NCBI GenBank assembly: GCA_951406725.2
Contig: OX597840.1
Location: forward strand, 27,032,001 to 27,096,000
Source: Octopus vulgaris
Taxonomy: Eukaryota
DNA: 64,000 nucleotides
Reading direction: 5' to 3'
The notes under the pieces were generated by a model, which saw only the letters and a list, made by a program, of their open reading frames with translations, was not told where the DNA came from and did not search any database. A program made the position numbers and the translations under genes. Of this stretch, positions 44,197 through 58,917 are shown piece by piece. Each line of letters opens with the position of its first letter. The first letter of the stretch is position 1.

Positions 44197-44231
44197 GTTT
44201 AACGTTTCGAGCGGAGCTCTTCGTCGGAAAC
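44197..44231 (-). ncRNA. Minimal hammerhead-like motif, CCGACGA core
   Basis: gttt-CCGACGA-a-gagc(tcc)gctc-GAAA-cg-TT-aaac. Confidence 0.65.
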
Positions 44232-44381
44232 ATAGGAGAAGGAAAAATCCAGAGAAGGGAAGACAGAGGGAAAAAAATCGCCAACGGTACACACGAGGTC
44301 ATATATATGCGTGTTAAATAAAATGAGACAACAAAGCCAAAACGGTATGAATTTCCTAGGACATTTGTAAAGAGAACGGTA

Positions 44382-44429
44382 GTCTTACAGCTGTTTCAGG
44401 GATATGAGGGATATTCTTTCATCAGAGAC
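44382..44429 (-). ncRNA. Type I hammerhead motif, canonical core, stem II partly decayed
   Basis: gtct-CTGATGA-aagaatat(ccctc)atatccct-GAAA-cagctg-TA-agac. Confidence 0.7.
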
Positions 44430-44869
44430 GATGTGAGAGAGTTAAAAAAAAGGGAAATAGTAGAGTTCAATAAAAGGACCTATTTTGGAAAGGGACAGAT
44501 ATAAGAAGTATGAAGGGAAATAAGAGAATAGAAATAAAAATATGTTGGATGTTACAGTTGCAGTTCCATTATATACATACCGCTTGCCAACCGGTGCTGG
44601 TACGTTTACGTCCCCGAAACTTTGCGGTTTGGCGTAAGAGACCAATATAATAATACGTTCAGGGTTTTAAAACAAAAAAAAAGGCAAATACTGGACTCTC
44701 GTTTGCATGGCCGCAGTCTAATGACTGAGACAAGTAAAAGGTAAAAGATAAATTCTCTGCAACCATCCATGTTTTGCCCCTAGATATATGGTGGTTCCTG
44801 TAAACGTGTGTTGGTTTCATTTCAAAACTGGTTCGATTCCAACTGAGAGAGATTTTTCCGACTTCCTCA

Positions 44870-45607
44870 TCTTTACTCTCTTTACTCTTTTACTCTTTTA
44901 CTTGTTTCAGTCGTTTGACTGCGGCCATGCTGGAGCACCGCCTTGCCCAAGGTGCCACGCAGTGGGACTGAACCCGGAACCATGTGGTTATTTAGCAAGC
45001 TACTTACCACACAGCCACTCCTACTCTTTTACTTGTTTCAGTCATTTGACTGCGGCCATGCTGGAGCACCGCCTTTAGTCGAGCAAATCGACCCCGGGAT
45101 TTATTCTTTTTTGTAAGCCCAGTACTTATTCTATCGGTCTCTTTTGCCGAACCGCTAAGTGACGGGGACGTAAACACACAAGCATCGGTTGTCAAGCAAT
45201 GATAGGGGGACAAACGCAGACACACAAACACACACACATATATACGACGGGCTTCTTGCAGTTTCCGTCTACCAAATCCACTCACAAGGCATTGGTCGGC
45301 CTGAGGCTAGAGCAGAAGACACTTGCCCAAGGTGCCACGCAGTGGGACTGAACCCGGAACCATGTGGTTATTTAACAAGCTACTTACCACACAGCCACTC
45401 CTACTCTTTTACTTGTTTCAGTCATTTGACTGCGGCCATGCTGGAGCACCGCCTTTTAGTCGAGCAAATCGACCCCGGACTTATTCTTTTTTGTAAGCCC
45501 AGTACTTATTCTATCGGTCTCTTTTGCCGAACCGCTAAGTGACGGCGACGTAAACACACAATCATCGGTTGTCAAGCAATACTAGGGGGACAAACACAGA
45601 CACACAA

Positions 45608-45638
<31 letters not shown>

Positions 45639-45803
45639 AATATATACATATATACGACAGGCTTCTTTCAGTTTCCGTCTACCAAATCCACTCACAAGGC
45701 ATTGGTCGGTCCGGGGCTATAGCAGAAGACACTAGCCCAAGGTGCCACGCAGTGGGACTGAACCCGGAACCATGTGGTTGGTTAGCAAGCTACTTACCAC
45801 ACA
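44870..45803 (-). mobile_element. Family B SINE head-to-tail trimer (last unit internally deleted)
   Basis: Junctions cagccactcctactcttttacttg at about 45020 and 45400. Confidence 0.92.
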
Positions 45804-46066
45804 GCTCTCTCTTTCTCTTTTTCTTTCACTCTCTCTTTTTCTCTTTCTCTCTCTCCATCTCTCTCTCACTCTCTCTCTTTCTCTTTTTTCTCTCACTCTC
45901 GCTCTCTTTTGCTTTCTCTCTCTTTCTGTCTCTTTCTCTCTCTCTCTTTCTCACTCTCTCTCTCTCTTTCTCACTCTCGCTCTCTTTTTCTTTCTCTCTC
46001 TTGCTCTCTCTTACTTTCTCTCTCACTCTTCTCTCTTTCTCTGCCTCTCTCTCTCACTCTCCTTTC

Positions 46067-46118
<52 letters not shown>

Positions 46119-46120
46119 AC
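45804..46120. repeat. Degenerate (CT)n polypyrimidine tract
   Basis: Directly visible. Confidence 0.93.
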
Positions 46121-46488
46121 TTTTTCTTACCTGAAGTTTCACTTTATCTTAAAACCAATGCCTTCTGAATCCTTTCACCATGGAATACAACCCTTGCCTT
46201 TCTTTAAAGAATTCCATCTCGCCTTGATTAATGAATTCCCAGTCACGTTTGTCGTGTATAGCACCAAACCCATCTATTATCGAGGAACCGTTCTTCTAGA
46301 AGGAAAGCTTAGTGGATTGTGTAATTCTATCGTTAATTACATCAATGATGACCTTGCTAACTCTATCCAATTAACTTTTAGGGTCAGCGAAGAAATTTCA
46401 CTTATGGTCATTTAAAGTAAGATCCGGATGTCTAGAAGCTAAACGTTCCAACCCTCCAACTATTTTAATGATCGACACAAATTGTTTT

Positions 46489-46652
46489 ACGCAGGAGTGG
46501 CTGTGTGGTAAGTAGCTTGTTTACCAGCCACATGGTTCCGGGTTCAGTCCCACTGCGTGGCACCTTGGGCAAGTGTCTTCTACTATAGCCTCGGGTTGAC
46601 CAAAGCCTTGTGAGTGGATTTGGTAGACGGAAACTGAAAGAAGCCCGTCGTA

Positions 46653-46722
<70 letters not shown>

Positions 46723-46903
46723 TGTGTGTGTTTGTGTGAGTGTGTTTATGTCCCCGTTACTTAGCGGTTCGGCAAAAGAGACCGATAGAATAAGTACTGG
46801 GCTTACAAAAGAATAGGTCCCGGGGTCGAGTTGCTCGATTAAAGGCGGTGCTCCAGCATGGCCGCAGTCAAATGACTGAAACAAGTAAAAGAGTAAAAGA
46901 GTA
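46489..46903 (+). mobile_element. Family B SINE, full length
   Basis: Head to tail match. Confidence 0.93.
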
Positions 46904-47507
46904 TTCTAGTGTGTGTTTGGATTATACACCACTTTCTACATTATGTATGTGCGTGTATGTATGATTAACTGGTACTTACTTTATCGACCCTGTACGGATG
47001 AAAGGCAAAGCCGATCACGGACGAAATACCGCTAAGTATTTAGTCCGGCGTATTAGATACTGCCAGCTCGCTGCTTTATTAATACTTATATTGGTTCAAA
47101 ATCTTGACACAAGCCCCTTAATTTCAGGAAGGGAGTATGTCGAAAACATTGACCCCCAGTGCTCAACAAGTACGTTATTTTATCGAGCCGAATAATGAAA
47201 GGCAGAGAAGACCTCGGTCGAATTTGAACTCAGAACATAAAGTCGGACGAAATAGCTATGTCTTTACTACCCACAATAATTACATTTACATACATATATT
47301 ACGGAACACTGATGATGTGTGGTGCATGATTGCAGTGCTTCTACCACTGTTATGTAATTATTTCGGCATATTGCTTAAATGCGTCTATGTCGTATAAAGC
47401 ATTGAATATCACACCTCTTTCCTGCTTATTGTTGTTATTTCTATTACACACGTGTGTGCGTATGTATATACGTATATATACGTATATTCATACCTATAAT
47501 CATACAA

Positions 47508-47900
<393 letters not shown>

Positions 47901-48587
47901 TAATGCCAATATTTAAATATGTACGCTGAACTGACAGTAACATAAAAACTGCATAATTATAATCATATGGCATGCTTGTGAGTGAGTGTATGTATGTGTT
48001 TGTGTATGTACGTCTGAGTATATGTGTGTGTTCAAACACAAACACACACACACACACATACATATATATTTGTGTGTGTGTCTGTGTGTGTGTGCGTTGG
48101 TGCGTACGTGCGTCTTGGTAAGTGTAGAGTCTACCGGCAAAGTTTCGAAAAATTACGATTTCGTGAGAGAACTGCATAACATATCCTGTGAGATATATCA
48201 CACTACAAGTGTAGTGTAATACGACAACTAAGAAATCTTTAATTTTTGATGACTCTATTCAATATGTCGACAACACACAATAAATATATTGTCAGAATCA
48301 CGAAGAGAGTAAAGTGAGAATGGAACAATCTGCGTTTCTTCCGGCCACAGAAACGCGAACAATGGTTTATTACGCGATCGTCTGCGTCAGACATTTTTTT
48401 TTTTCTCAATAGCGAATGCTTAAACATTTTGGTGTACATTCAGATATACATGTAAATGTATACTATTGAACGAATGCACGTTTTGTAGGAGTATTATATG
48501 TTGTATAATGACAGATTGACTCAGCTCTATACAACTTAAAGTTTCGTTGTATACCTACACACACACACACACAGACAAGAACACACG

Positions 48588-48627
<40 letters not shown>

Positions 48628-48629
48628 CC

Positions 48630-48839
48630 CTCTTTTACTCTTTTACTTGTTTCAGTCATTTGACTGCGGCCATGCTGGAGCACCGCCTTTAGTCGAGCAA
48701 TTCGACCCCGGGACTTATTCTTTTGTAAGCCCAGTACTTATTCTATCGGTCTCTTTTGCCGAACCGCTAAGTGACGGGGACATAAACACACCAGCATCGG
48801 TTGTCAAGCAATGTTGGGAGGACAAACACATACACACAA

Positions 48840-48884
<45 letters not shown>

Positions 48885-49061
48885 TATATATACATATATA
48901 CAACGGGCTTCTTTCAGATTCCGTCTACCAAATCCACTCACAAGGCTTTGGTCGGCCCGAAGCTATAGTAGAAGTCACTTGCCCAAGGTTCCACGCCGTG
49001 GCAATGAACTCGGAACCATGTGGTTGGTAAGCAAGCTACTTATTACACAGCCACTCCTACG

Positions 49062-49063
<2 letters not shown>
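48630..49063 (-). mobile_element. Family B SINE, full length
   Basis: Reverse-complement match. Confidence 0.92.
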
Positions 49064-49118
<55 letters not shown>

Positions 49119-49152
49119 CTTTTTTTTTCTCTCCTTGTTTCTTTTCTGTGTC

Positions 49153-49190
49153 TCTTTCTGTAGAAGAGCGTAGGCTCGAAACGTAAAAGA
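49153..49190 (+). ncRNA. Minimal hammerhead-like motif (CUGUAGA core) in a cassette spanning about 49118-49283
   Basis: tcttt-CTGTAGA-a-gagc(gtag)gctc-GAAA-cg-TA-aaaga; flanked by (TA)n on both sides. Confidence 0.55.
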
Positions 49191-49291
49191 CATTTTCAAT
49201 TCCTGAGCGTTATACTAATACATCTGTTTGTTTTCTACACCACCTGTCTTCATCTTTTGTTTTTTTTTCATGAACTCTCCCTATATATATA

Positions 49292-49360
<69 letters not shown>

Positions 49361-49807
49361 ATGTATGTATGTATGTGTGTATCTGTATGTGTGTGTTTGT
49401 GTGTGTGTGTGTGTGTTTATATCTGTTCGTCCTCCTCCATTATTGACAACCGGTGTTGGTGTGTTTACGTCCCCGTACCTTAGTAGTTCGGGAAAAGAGA
49501 CCGGATAAAATAAATGCCAGACTTAATTTTAAAAAAAAACAAACAAGCACTGGGGTTGATTCGTTCGACAAAAAATTCTTGAGGGCGATGCCCCAGCATG
49601 GCCGCAGTCTAACGAGTGGAGCAAGTAATAGAAAAGAGATAAAATGGCACCACTGATGACATTAGCATTAATTATTTTGTAAGTAAACTTCGGATATTAG
49701 AAATGTCGATATATAACGAAATATCTTCGTTGTTTAGCAAACATCGTACGGCATCTGAATAAAAAAAAATAGAAAAGACAGAACAATAATAAATAGACGA
49801 AAGATAG

Positions 49808-50193
49808 CCACCACCACCACCACCACCACCACCACCACCACTACTACTACCACCACCACCACCACCACCACCACTACTATCACCACCACCACCACCACCA
49901 CCACTACTACTACTATCACCACCGTCACCACTACTACTACTACTACCACCACCACCACCACCACCACTACTACAACTACCACCACCACCACCACCACCAC
50001 TACTATCACCACCACCACCACCACCACTACTACTACCATCACAACCACTACTACTTCTACTACCATCACCACCACCACCACCACCACCAACCACCACCAC
50101 CACCACCACTACTACTACTACTACCACCACCACCACTACTACTACTACCACCACCACCACCACCACCACCACCACCACCACACCACCACCACC

Positions 50194-50234
<41 letters not shown>

Positions 50235-50290
50235 ACCACCACCACCACCACCACTACTACTACTACCACCACCACCACCACCACAACTAT
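49808..50290. repeat. (ACC/ACT)n microsatellite
   Basis: Directly visible. Confidence 0.95.
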
Positions 50291-50532
50291 TTGTAGTAGA
50301 ATTTGCCAATTTCTGCTGCTAATTTCTACAACATCTGCTAAAAAACTGAACGAAAATACTCTCTGTCCTGAAAATTATTCGAGACGATAATCCTGCGATG
50401 AAGAGTGAGTGGGCCACAGGAGAGATTAAACTCATTGGTCGGTCGTACTTTCGTTCGATATGACAGAAAAAGAAAAAAGAAAACGGACACTGCGAAATGG
50501 ATTTCGTTCCGGTAGAGCAAAGGAATACCAAA

Positions 50533-50563
<31 letters not shown>

Positions 50564-50637
50564 ATGAATAAATGTATAAACCTCTGTAGGTTTTGATTAG
50601 TTCGTTGGCGCAGGGAGAGTTGCATGATGCAAAGCGA

Positions 50638-51095
<458 letters not shown>

Positions 51096-51825
51096 AATGC
51101 GGTAGATTTTTCTTTCTCCTGTAGGCACAAAAACAGCGATATGGTTTTCTACTATAAGATATAAGGTCTGAAAAGCTACAGCGACACCAGTACATGACTG
51201 GTATTTATTTTATCGACGTCGAACGGATGAAAGTCAAAGTCGTCCTCGTCGAAATTTGTACTCAGATCTTAAATTTGTACTCAGACTAAATAACCACAGT
51301 GCTTCCTTTAGGACTCCAGAGTGGCACAATGTGAAGACAATAGCCAGTTATATATATAGCGTTTCGAAAATGATGGAACGCCATCGATAATTAGCGGAAG
51401 CCGCTATAATAACCTAGGCCTGTTACATCACCGGAAACAGATGGTGCAAACTTTGCATGGTCCAGAGAACAATGATTATAAAAGATTCGCACGATCCGGG
51501 TACATTCATGAATTCAAAATGTGAAATTTGCTGTCGGTGTTCTCATGACAGAAAATACGTTTTGGAAACTTGGTCCCCCTCTTTTGAAGACTAGTGAACA
51601 CAAAAACGTACACAAACTGACTTAATTAGGATATTTTTCGGACTTATGGACAACTGAGCGATTACATGTGCGTGTGTGTGTTTGTGTGTTTGTCTGCGTG
51701 TCTGCATGTGTGTGTGTATATGTGTGTAGATGTGTGTGCTGGAATTAAATCACAAAACACACTTTTGACAAACAATGCATATGAAAATGCGAATGGAAAC
51801 ATGGATGAGAAGAAATATTGAGAAA

Positions 51826-52240
51826 GGCGCAGGAGTGGCTGTGTGGTAAGTAGCTTGCTAACCAACCACATGGTTCCGGGTTCAGTCCCACTGCGTGGCA
51901 TCTTGGGCAAGTATCTTCTGCTATGACCTCGGGCCGACCGAAGCCTTGTGAGTGGATTTGGTAGACGGAAACTGAAAGAAGCCTGTCGTATATATGCATA
52001 TATATATATGTATGTGTGTGTGTGTGTGTGTGTGTGTCTGTGTTTGTCCCCCTAGCATTGCTTGACAACCGATACTGGTGTGTTTACGTCCCCGTTACTT
52101 AGCGGTTCGGCAAAAGAGACCGATAGAATAAGTACTGGGCTTCCAAAGAATAAGTCCCGGGGTTGATTTGCTCGACTAAAGGCGGTGCTCCAGCATGGCC
52201 GCAGTCAAATGACTGAAACAAGTAAAAGAGTAAAAAAAAG
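51826..52240 (+). mobile_element. Family B SINE, full length
   Basis: Head to tail match. Confidence 0.93.
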
Positions 52241-52689
52241 AGAGTAGATATATAACAAAATGTGTTTGAGAAAGCAAAACACAAGTCTGCACAGGTGTCT
52301 CTTGCGTTAATGGATATTTAATTGCCCTTTGAATATGGATAGAAGAATAAATTATGTATAAGGAAACAAGTGATCCAATGTGCCTGTCCATTGTACTTAC
52401 TGGAACTGTTTGTGAACTTGTCTTTGGTTTTAAACACGGTTTGTCTTCAGCAAGTACGAAAAAAACTGTTTCAAATTTTGCCAAACGCCTAGTGACTTCA
52501 GAAAGAAAGAATAAGTCGGGTAGAATGATACCAGTACATTACTGGTACTTTAGTTGGTCGATTTCGAAGAAATGGAAGGTAGAATATGGATTCGGAACGT
52601 AAATGGCTGGAAGAAGTTCCATTCAGCATCTCGACCGACGCCTTGAAGATTCTACAAGTTTACCGCCTTCACAATAATAATAATGATAA

Positions 52690-52899
52690 TAATCCTTTCT
52701 ACTATAGGCACAAGGCCTGAAATTTGGGGTGAGGGGGACTAAACGATTACATCGACCCCAGTGTGTAACTGGTACTTAATTTATCGGCCCCGAAAGGATG
52801 AAAGGCAAAGTCGACTTCGGTGGAATTTGAAATCAAAAAGTAGCGACTGACGAAATACCGCTAAGCATTTCGCCCGGCGTGTGAACGATTCTGCCAGCA
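52690..52899 (-). mobile_element. Family A SINE, alternative-tail subfamily
   Basis: aatcctttctactataggcacaaggcctgaaattt tail plus family A body. Confidence 0.88.
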
Positions 52900-52905
52900 C
52901 GAACG

Positions 52906-52976
<71 letters not shown>

Positions 52977-53000
52977 TGTATGTATGTATGTATGTATGCA

Positions 53001-53035
<35 letters not shown>

Positions 53036-53036
<1 letters not shown>

Positions 53037-53893
53037 AATTTAAAATGAGGGTGAGAGAAATTAGATATTAATTTAATTAACATCGATTTCACTCCAGTGG
53101 TCTAGCATATAAAAAGAACTGAAGGTTCAGTAAAATTGTAAAATTTCTTAGTGGTAAGACCATAGCGGATGTATTTCTAGCATAAGGGTGTCCACATAGT
53201 GGTCTCCCTCTAATATGTATAGAAATATTCGTTATTTTTCATTTGTCCTGCCCGCTTACATTTCTTGGTGTGTTGAATTAATGCTTGAGAACAATTCTTT
53301 AGTGGTGGATTCCCTTTGCAGATCTATTTCTAGCGTTAGAGTGACCACATGTGGTCCCTCTCTTATTGCTTGTATTAATAATTTTTACTGTATCACAGTT
53401 TTTTTACGCTAGACCACTTGGTGTTTTAAATTGATGTTATTTAATATTCAATTTTTTCACCCTTATTGTGATTTTAATTATAAATTAATATGTTCCCAAA
53501 CCGGCAGTAACTTACTGGGGTAGTATTTACATCCGGTATTTTCAATGCGCCAAGAATGAGGATATTTGAACGTAACTGCAAGCATAATCGGCCGTGCCGT
53601 TCGCCTTTGCTCGGCTTCGTATTGATTTTGGCGTTCGGTTCAGCAAATTATATTTTTGATATACTCTACCGAGGATTCGAAAATGATTTGTAAGTAAAAT
53701 TACACAATCTATTAACGATGAAACAATTGTATAGAGTTAATCCATTTTTTCGTTATTTTTCATTTATCCTGCCCGCTTACATTTCTTGGCGTGTTGAATT
53801 AATGCATGAGAACAATTCTTTAGTGGTGGATTCCCTTTGCGGATCTATTTCTAGCGTTAGATTGACCACATGTGGTCCCTCTCTTATTGCTTG

Positions 53894-53897
<4 letters not shown>
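53036..53897. repeat. Unclassified repeat cluster: about 100-bp inverted arms plus a 150-bp direct repeat
   Basis: 53040-53138 is the inverse of 53380-53470; 53228-53377 matches 53748-53897. Confidence 0.75.
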
Positions 53898-53932
<35 letters not shown>

Positions 53933-54437
53933 TACCCACGCAAACACACATATACATACATATATATATATACACACACGCAAACACACATATACATATA
54001 TATAGATACATACACACATATGCACTCGCTCGCGCTGCTTTCTTCCAGATAACATTTGGGGAACGCATGATGTTTGAAATATACCAGATGCGCTACGAAT
54101 TTCCAATCGCCATTATTTGTATTTGAGACGACAAAGAAAAAACAAAAAAAAGAACGTATTAATCACATGTAATGTCTGTGAATCCTTCTTCGTAACCTCG
54201 ATCTGCAAATATATGCCTTTTAAATGAATTACGCTAAATTGTTTTCTCATTCTTCAAGTTACGAAGCGATTTATCACCGATGTACTTTGAGAGATGCTAC
54301 TTTCTTCAGTGGGTTCGTTTAGGCAACTTTAAAATCGCCCAAAATACCAAAACTTGATGTTCGGTTTCCAAATTATCCTGTTACAAAAATGGCGTTTGGA
54401 AGCGATAGTGACCTCACCTTTCAATATATTGGTTTCG

Positions 54438-54793
54438 GGAGGCGCTATGGCCCAGTGTTTCGCGGTTTCGATTCCCAGACCGGGCGTTGTGAGTGTTTAT
54501 TGAGCGAAAACACCTAAAGCTCCACGAGGCTCCGGCAGGGGATGGTGGTGATCCTTGCTGTACTCTTTCACCACAACTTTCTCTCACTCTTACTTTCTGT
54601 TTCTGTTGTACCTGTATTTCAAAGGGCCAGCCTTGTCACTCTCTGTGTCACGCTGAATATCCCCGAGAACTACGTTAAGGGTGCACGTGTCTGTGGAGTG
54701 CTCAGCCACTTACACGTTAATTTCACGAGCAGGTTGTTCCGTTGATTCGAATCAACCGGAACCCTCGTCGTCATAACCGACGGAGTGCTTCCA
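54438..54793 (+). mobile_element. Family C SINE (short deletion in head)
   Basis: ggaggcgctatggcccagtg...ggtttcgattcccagacc...ccgacggagtgcttcca. Confidence 0.9.
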
Positions 54794-54884
54794 AAAAATA
54801 TTGGTTTCGATACCGGGTGTGGTTGAATGGTGGCTTGCAATTTTGTGCAACGTAGCACCTAAATTGCCAATTTTAACCAATAAT

Positions 54885-55280
54885 ATTCCTTCCAAATTTT
54901 GTCACAAGGCGAGCAAGTTCGGAGTAGAGGTGTGAGTTGATTACATCGACCCCAGTACTCGACTGGTACTTATTTTATTGACCCCGGAAGATAAAACGTG
55001 AAGTCGACCTCAGCGGGATTTGATCTCAGAACGTAAGTACGGACGAAATGCCGATAAGCATTTCGTCCGGCATGCTAACTATTCTGCCAGTTCTCCTCTC
55101 CCCTTATTTTTCTTTTTTAGTCAATAATATTCAAATCAGTCAGTGTGGTTATCAAGCAAAATGGCCAACCCGCCGGACAAAATGTTTAACGGCGTTTCGT
55201 CCGGCTAGGTACTTTGAGTTCAAATGCCACTGGGGTCGACTTTGCTTTTCATTCACTCGGGGTCGATAAAATAAGCACCA
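54885..55280. mobile_element. Two degenerate family A SINEs, head to head
   Basis: 54885-55095 minus, 55150-55280 plus. Confidence 0.75.
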
Positions 55281-55282
55281 AT

Positions 55283-55371
<89 letters not shown>

Positions 55372-55530
55372 GTATATACACATATATATATAGACCTTGC
55401 TGAGACCTCCTTCGGTCATGACTGATCATGGAATTGCACTTTGAAAGTTACCCTCCCAGGCACAAGTCCGGGCAAGGTTGTTTATCGAAGACCAGTAGTC
55501 ACCCGTACATGCCGGCCTCCCCATCTCCAT

Positions 55531-55998
55531 GCCACGGTCAACGCGGAACTCTATGTTCAACAGATGGAACGACTCAACACGGCTATTCCGGAGAAAAGAC
55601 CTAATCGTCAGCATGGAGTTCTTCTGCTGCACGATTGTGCCCGCCCTCATATCGCCAATATGACCAAGGAAGCCATTCAAACGCATGGCTGGGAAGTCCT
55701 GCCACACCCACCCCATACTCTCCTGATTTGGCACCAACGGATTTCCACCTCTTTCGATCTCTTTCAAATGCTATGCGCGGAGTTTCGTTCAACACTGATG
55801 CAGAATTGAGAGCTTGGTTGGATCGATTTTTCGAGTCGAAATCGGGTGATTTCTACCAACGAGGTATTGAAAATCTTGTTGAACGTTGGGAAGAATTTGC
55901 AAACAACAAGGGTGAATACATTATTGATTAATTAGTTGTTATTTATTATTAAACCTCTTTTAAAATGTTAATTTAAGAACTTAGTTGCCAACCTATTA
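55531..55998 (+). mobile_element. Mariner (DD34D) transposon 3' half, frameshifted
   Basis: LLHDCARPH...WEVLPHP/PYSPDLAPTDFHLFRSL...GIENLVERW...GEYIID; 34 residues between the last two Asp after frameshift repair; TIR-like aacttagttgccaaccta followed by TA. Confidence 0.92.
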
Positions 55999-56283
55999 GA
56001 AGACACTTGCCTAAGGTGTCGTTACACTCTGGGACGGAACTCGAAACCAGCTGATCGCAACCTGAGCACCTTAACCAGACAACTATGGCTAAAAAAACAA
56101 TGGAAACGAAAAAAATGAAATAGAGAAAGTGATATTTAATTGGCAAATAATTAGGTTATTGATTTCTGCTAAACTGAAGAAATTCTTCAAGAAGTCTTGA
56201 AATAAATTCTTCATAAACCACAAAATTAACTTCAATCTCATTTTGTCTCATTGAACCATATGTGCATATCATCTATACATGCA

Positions 56284-56346
<63 letters not shown>

Positions 56347-56442
56347 GTGTATATATGAGTATATATATGGATATATGTATGTAATATGTATATATATATG
56401 TTTATATATGTGTGTATGTGTGTGAAAGTATAAGCATGTACA

Positions 56443-56484
<42 letters not shown>

Positions 56485-56793
56485 AGCATATGCATGTATA
56501 TGCTCATACATATATATATAGAGAGAGAGAAATGTATGTATACAAGCATGTATGTATATATGTGTGTATGTATAAATATGTGTGTATGTATATATATGCA
56601 TATATGCATGCATGTGTATTTATATATATATGTGTGTGTGTGTGTAGTTAAAAAGAAACGGAGAAGTAAAACAAGAAAACAACGCGAAAACGTCGTACAT
56701 GCAAAAATCAAAAGAAGAAAAGACACAAAACAAACACACACACACAAACACACACACACACACACACACACATACACACACACACACATACAC

Positions 56794-56856
<63 letters not shown>

Positions 56857-57352
56857 CACACCCACTACCGGTGGAATTTCTATTATCGTCGCGATTGTAA
56901 TTTTTCGAATTGGTTCGACGTTTTCTAAAGAATTAAAATTTATTCTTTCGATTTGATGCCAAAAATTGAAGCTATTAGTGTTTCGATCTGATGCCAAAAA
57001 CGACCAATTTTTCCGTAATAAATTACATTTTTTCATTTTTTTCTCTTTTTTTTGGTTTTAAATTTTCATACTTTATATAGACAAGCTTTCTTCTTCGAGA
57101 CGAATATATCATTCCAACCGTTTTCTTCATCGATTTTGTTTTTGTTTTTGTTTTTGGTGGGAGAGACGGATCTATTTTAAATTGCTATTGTTTGAATTAT
57201 GATTGCGCCTAACATTCGATTCGCTTATCTAATTCAAAGACATGATAAAAATTTCGTTAATTTCGTTGGCCGACGAGGCTTCACGGCTAATTAATTGCTT
57301 GTTTTCTTTAGCACGATTGATAGATTTAATGATCTTCTGTACACCGTAGAGT

Positions 57353-57590
57353 GGTGGAGGCGCGTGGCTTAGTGGTTAGGGATGTCAACATCATGATCGT
57401 AAGATTGTGGTTTCGAATCCTGAACTGGGCAACGCGTTGTGTTCTTGAGCGAAGCACTTCATTTTACGCTGCTCCAGTCCACTCAGCTGGCAAAAATGAG
57501 CAACGCTACGATGGACTGGCGCCCCGTCCAGCTGGGGAACACATACGCCATAGAAACCGGGAAACCGGTCCCATCAACCTGGTTAGGCTT
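57353..57590 (+). mobile_element. Family D tRNA-headed SINE (V-SINE-like middle)
   Basis: gtggcttagtggttagg A box, ggtttcgaatcc B box, cgatggactggcgccccgtccag, catagaaaccggg. Confidence 0.75.
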
Positions 57591-57983
57591 TAAAAGGACG
57601 CATTTATTTTTATTCATTTTATTTTACTTTTTACCGTTTTTGTAGAATTTCTTCTCTTTCGAATGATACAGGCGTTATATATCTTTCTAGAATTTGAATA
57701 ATTTTAATGCGCAATTAATTCAAATGATTAAAAATTGTTGGCAAAATGAATTTAAGACCGTACCAAGATTATGTTTTACATCGTAGAGTGACGGGTTGTC
57801 GTCGCATAATTCACTGGTTCGCAACCCAGCTGCGACGGTTTTCTTTGGGGTGGCGGGGTCCATATGGCTTTTTTGGGTCTATACAAGATTTTATTGTTAA
57901 AATGTATGTCCAAGAAATTAACTGTGATTCTACCGTACACGAAATATTTAAACAACCCTTTTTTTACACAATTCCTTGTAATA

Positions 57984-58275
57984 TCTTTATATATAAAACT
58001 GAAGTTGTGTGTGTGTCTGTCTCCTCCGAATTAGATTCCTAACTACTCCCATATTTTGCGGTGTAGTTTAACCAAAAGCGAGTATCTTATAGTCGTGATT
58101 CATATCGAGCCCTTCTGGGTATTAGCGCGTGTCTACGATGAGTCTACGATTTTAAAAAAAATTACCATCATTTTTCCGCATTTTTTGCTCGGTTTATATA
58201 AGGGAAGTAACTCTCTAAAATTGTTATATAGTTATTTCCCTTACAAACCCGAGCAACGCCGGGCGATACTGCTAG
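57984..58275 (+). mobile_element. Non-autonomous Helitron
   Basis: a^TC start; same cccgagcaacgccgggcgatactgCTAG^t terminus as 39819-40201. Confidence 0.85.
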
Positions 58276-58309
58276 TTTAATTATAAAATATTTTTATATT
58301 TTATCATTT

Positions 58310-58696
58310 ATACGCAGCCATGCTGGAGCACAACCTTGAAGAAGTTTTGATAGAATGAATCGACCCCATTACTTAACTGTTTTTTTAAGCTTGGTATTTA
58401 CTCTATCGGGGTCTTTTTGCCGAAGCGCTAAGTTACAGGTACGTAAACAAACCAGTCCCGGTGGTCAATGAGTGGTGGGAAACAAACAGACACAAGCAAA
58501 AACACACACACACACATACACATGTATGTATACGATGGGCTTCTCTCAGTTTCCGTCTACTAAATCCACTCATAAATATTTGATTAGTCCAAGGCAATCG
58601 TAGAAGATATTTGCCCAAGGTGCCACACAGTGGGACTGAACCCGAAGCCATGTGGTTGGGAAGCAAGCATCTTACGACGGAGCCACGCCTGCGCCT
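58310..58696 (-). mobile_element. Family B SINE (more diverged)
   Basis: Reverse-complement match. Confidence 0.85.
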
Positions 58697-58718
58697 ATTC
58701 TTTTATTTTTTTAGTCTA

Positions 58719-58882
58719 GGCGCAGGAGTAGCTGTGTGGTAAGTAGCTTGTTTACCAACCACATGGTTCCGGGTTCAGTCCCACTGCGTGGCATCTTGGG
58801 CAAGTGTCTTCTACTATTAGCCTCGGGCCGACCAAAGCCTTGTGAGTGGATTTGGTAGACGGAAACTGAAAGAAGCCCGTCG

Positions 58883-58917
<35 letters not shown>

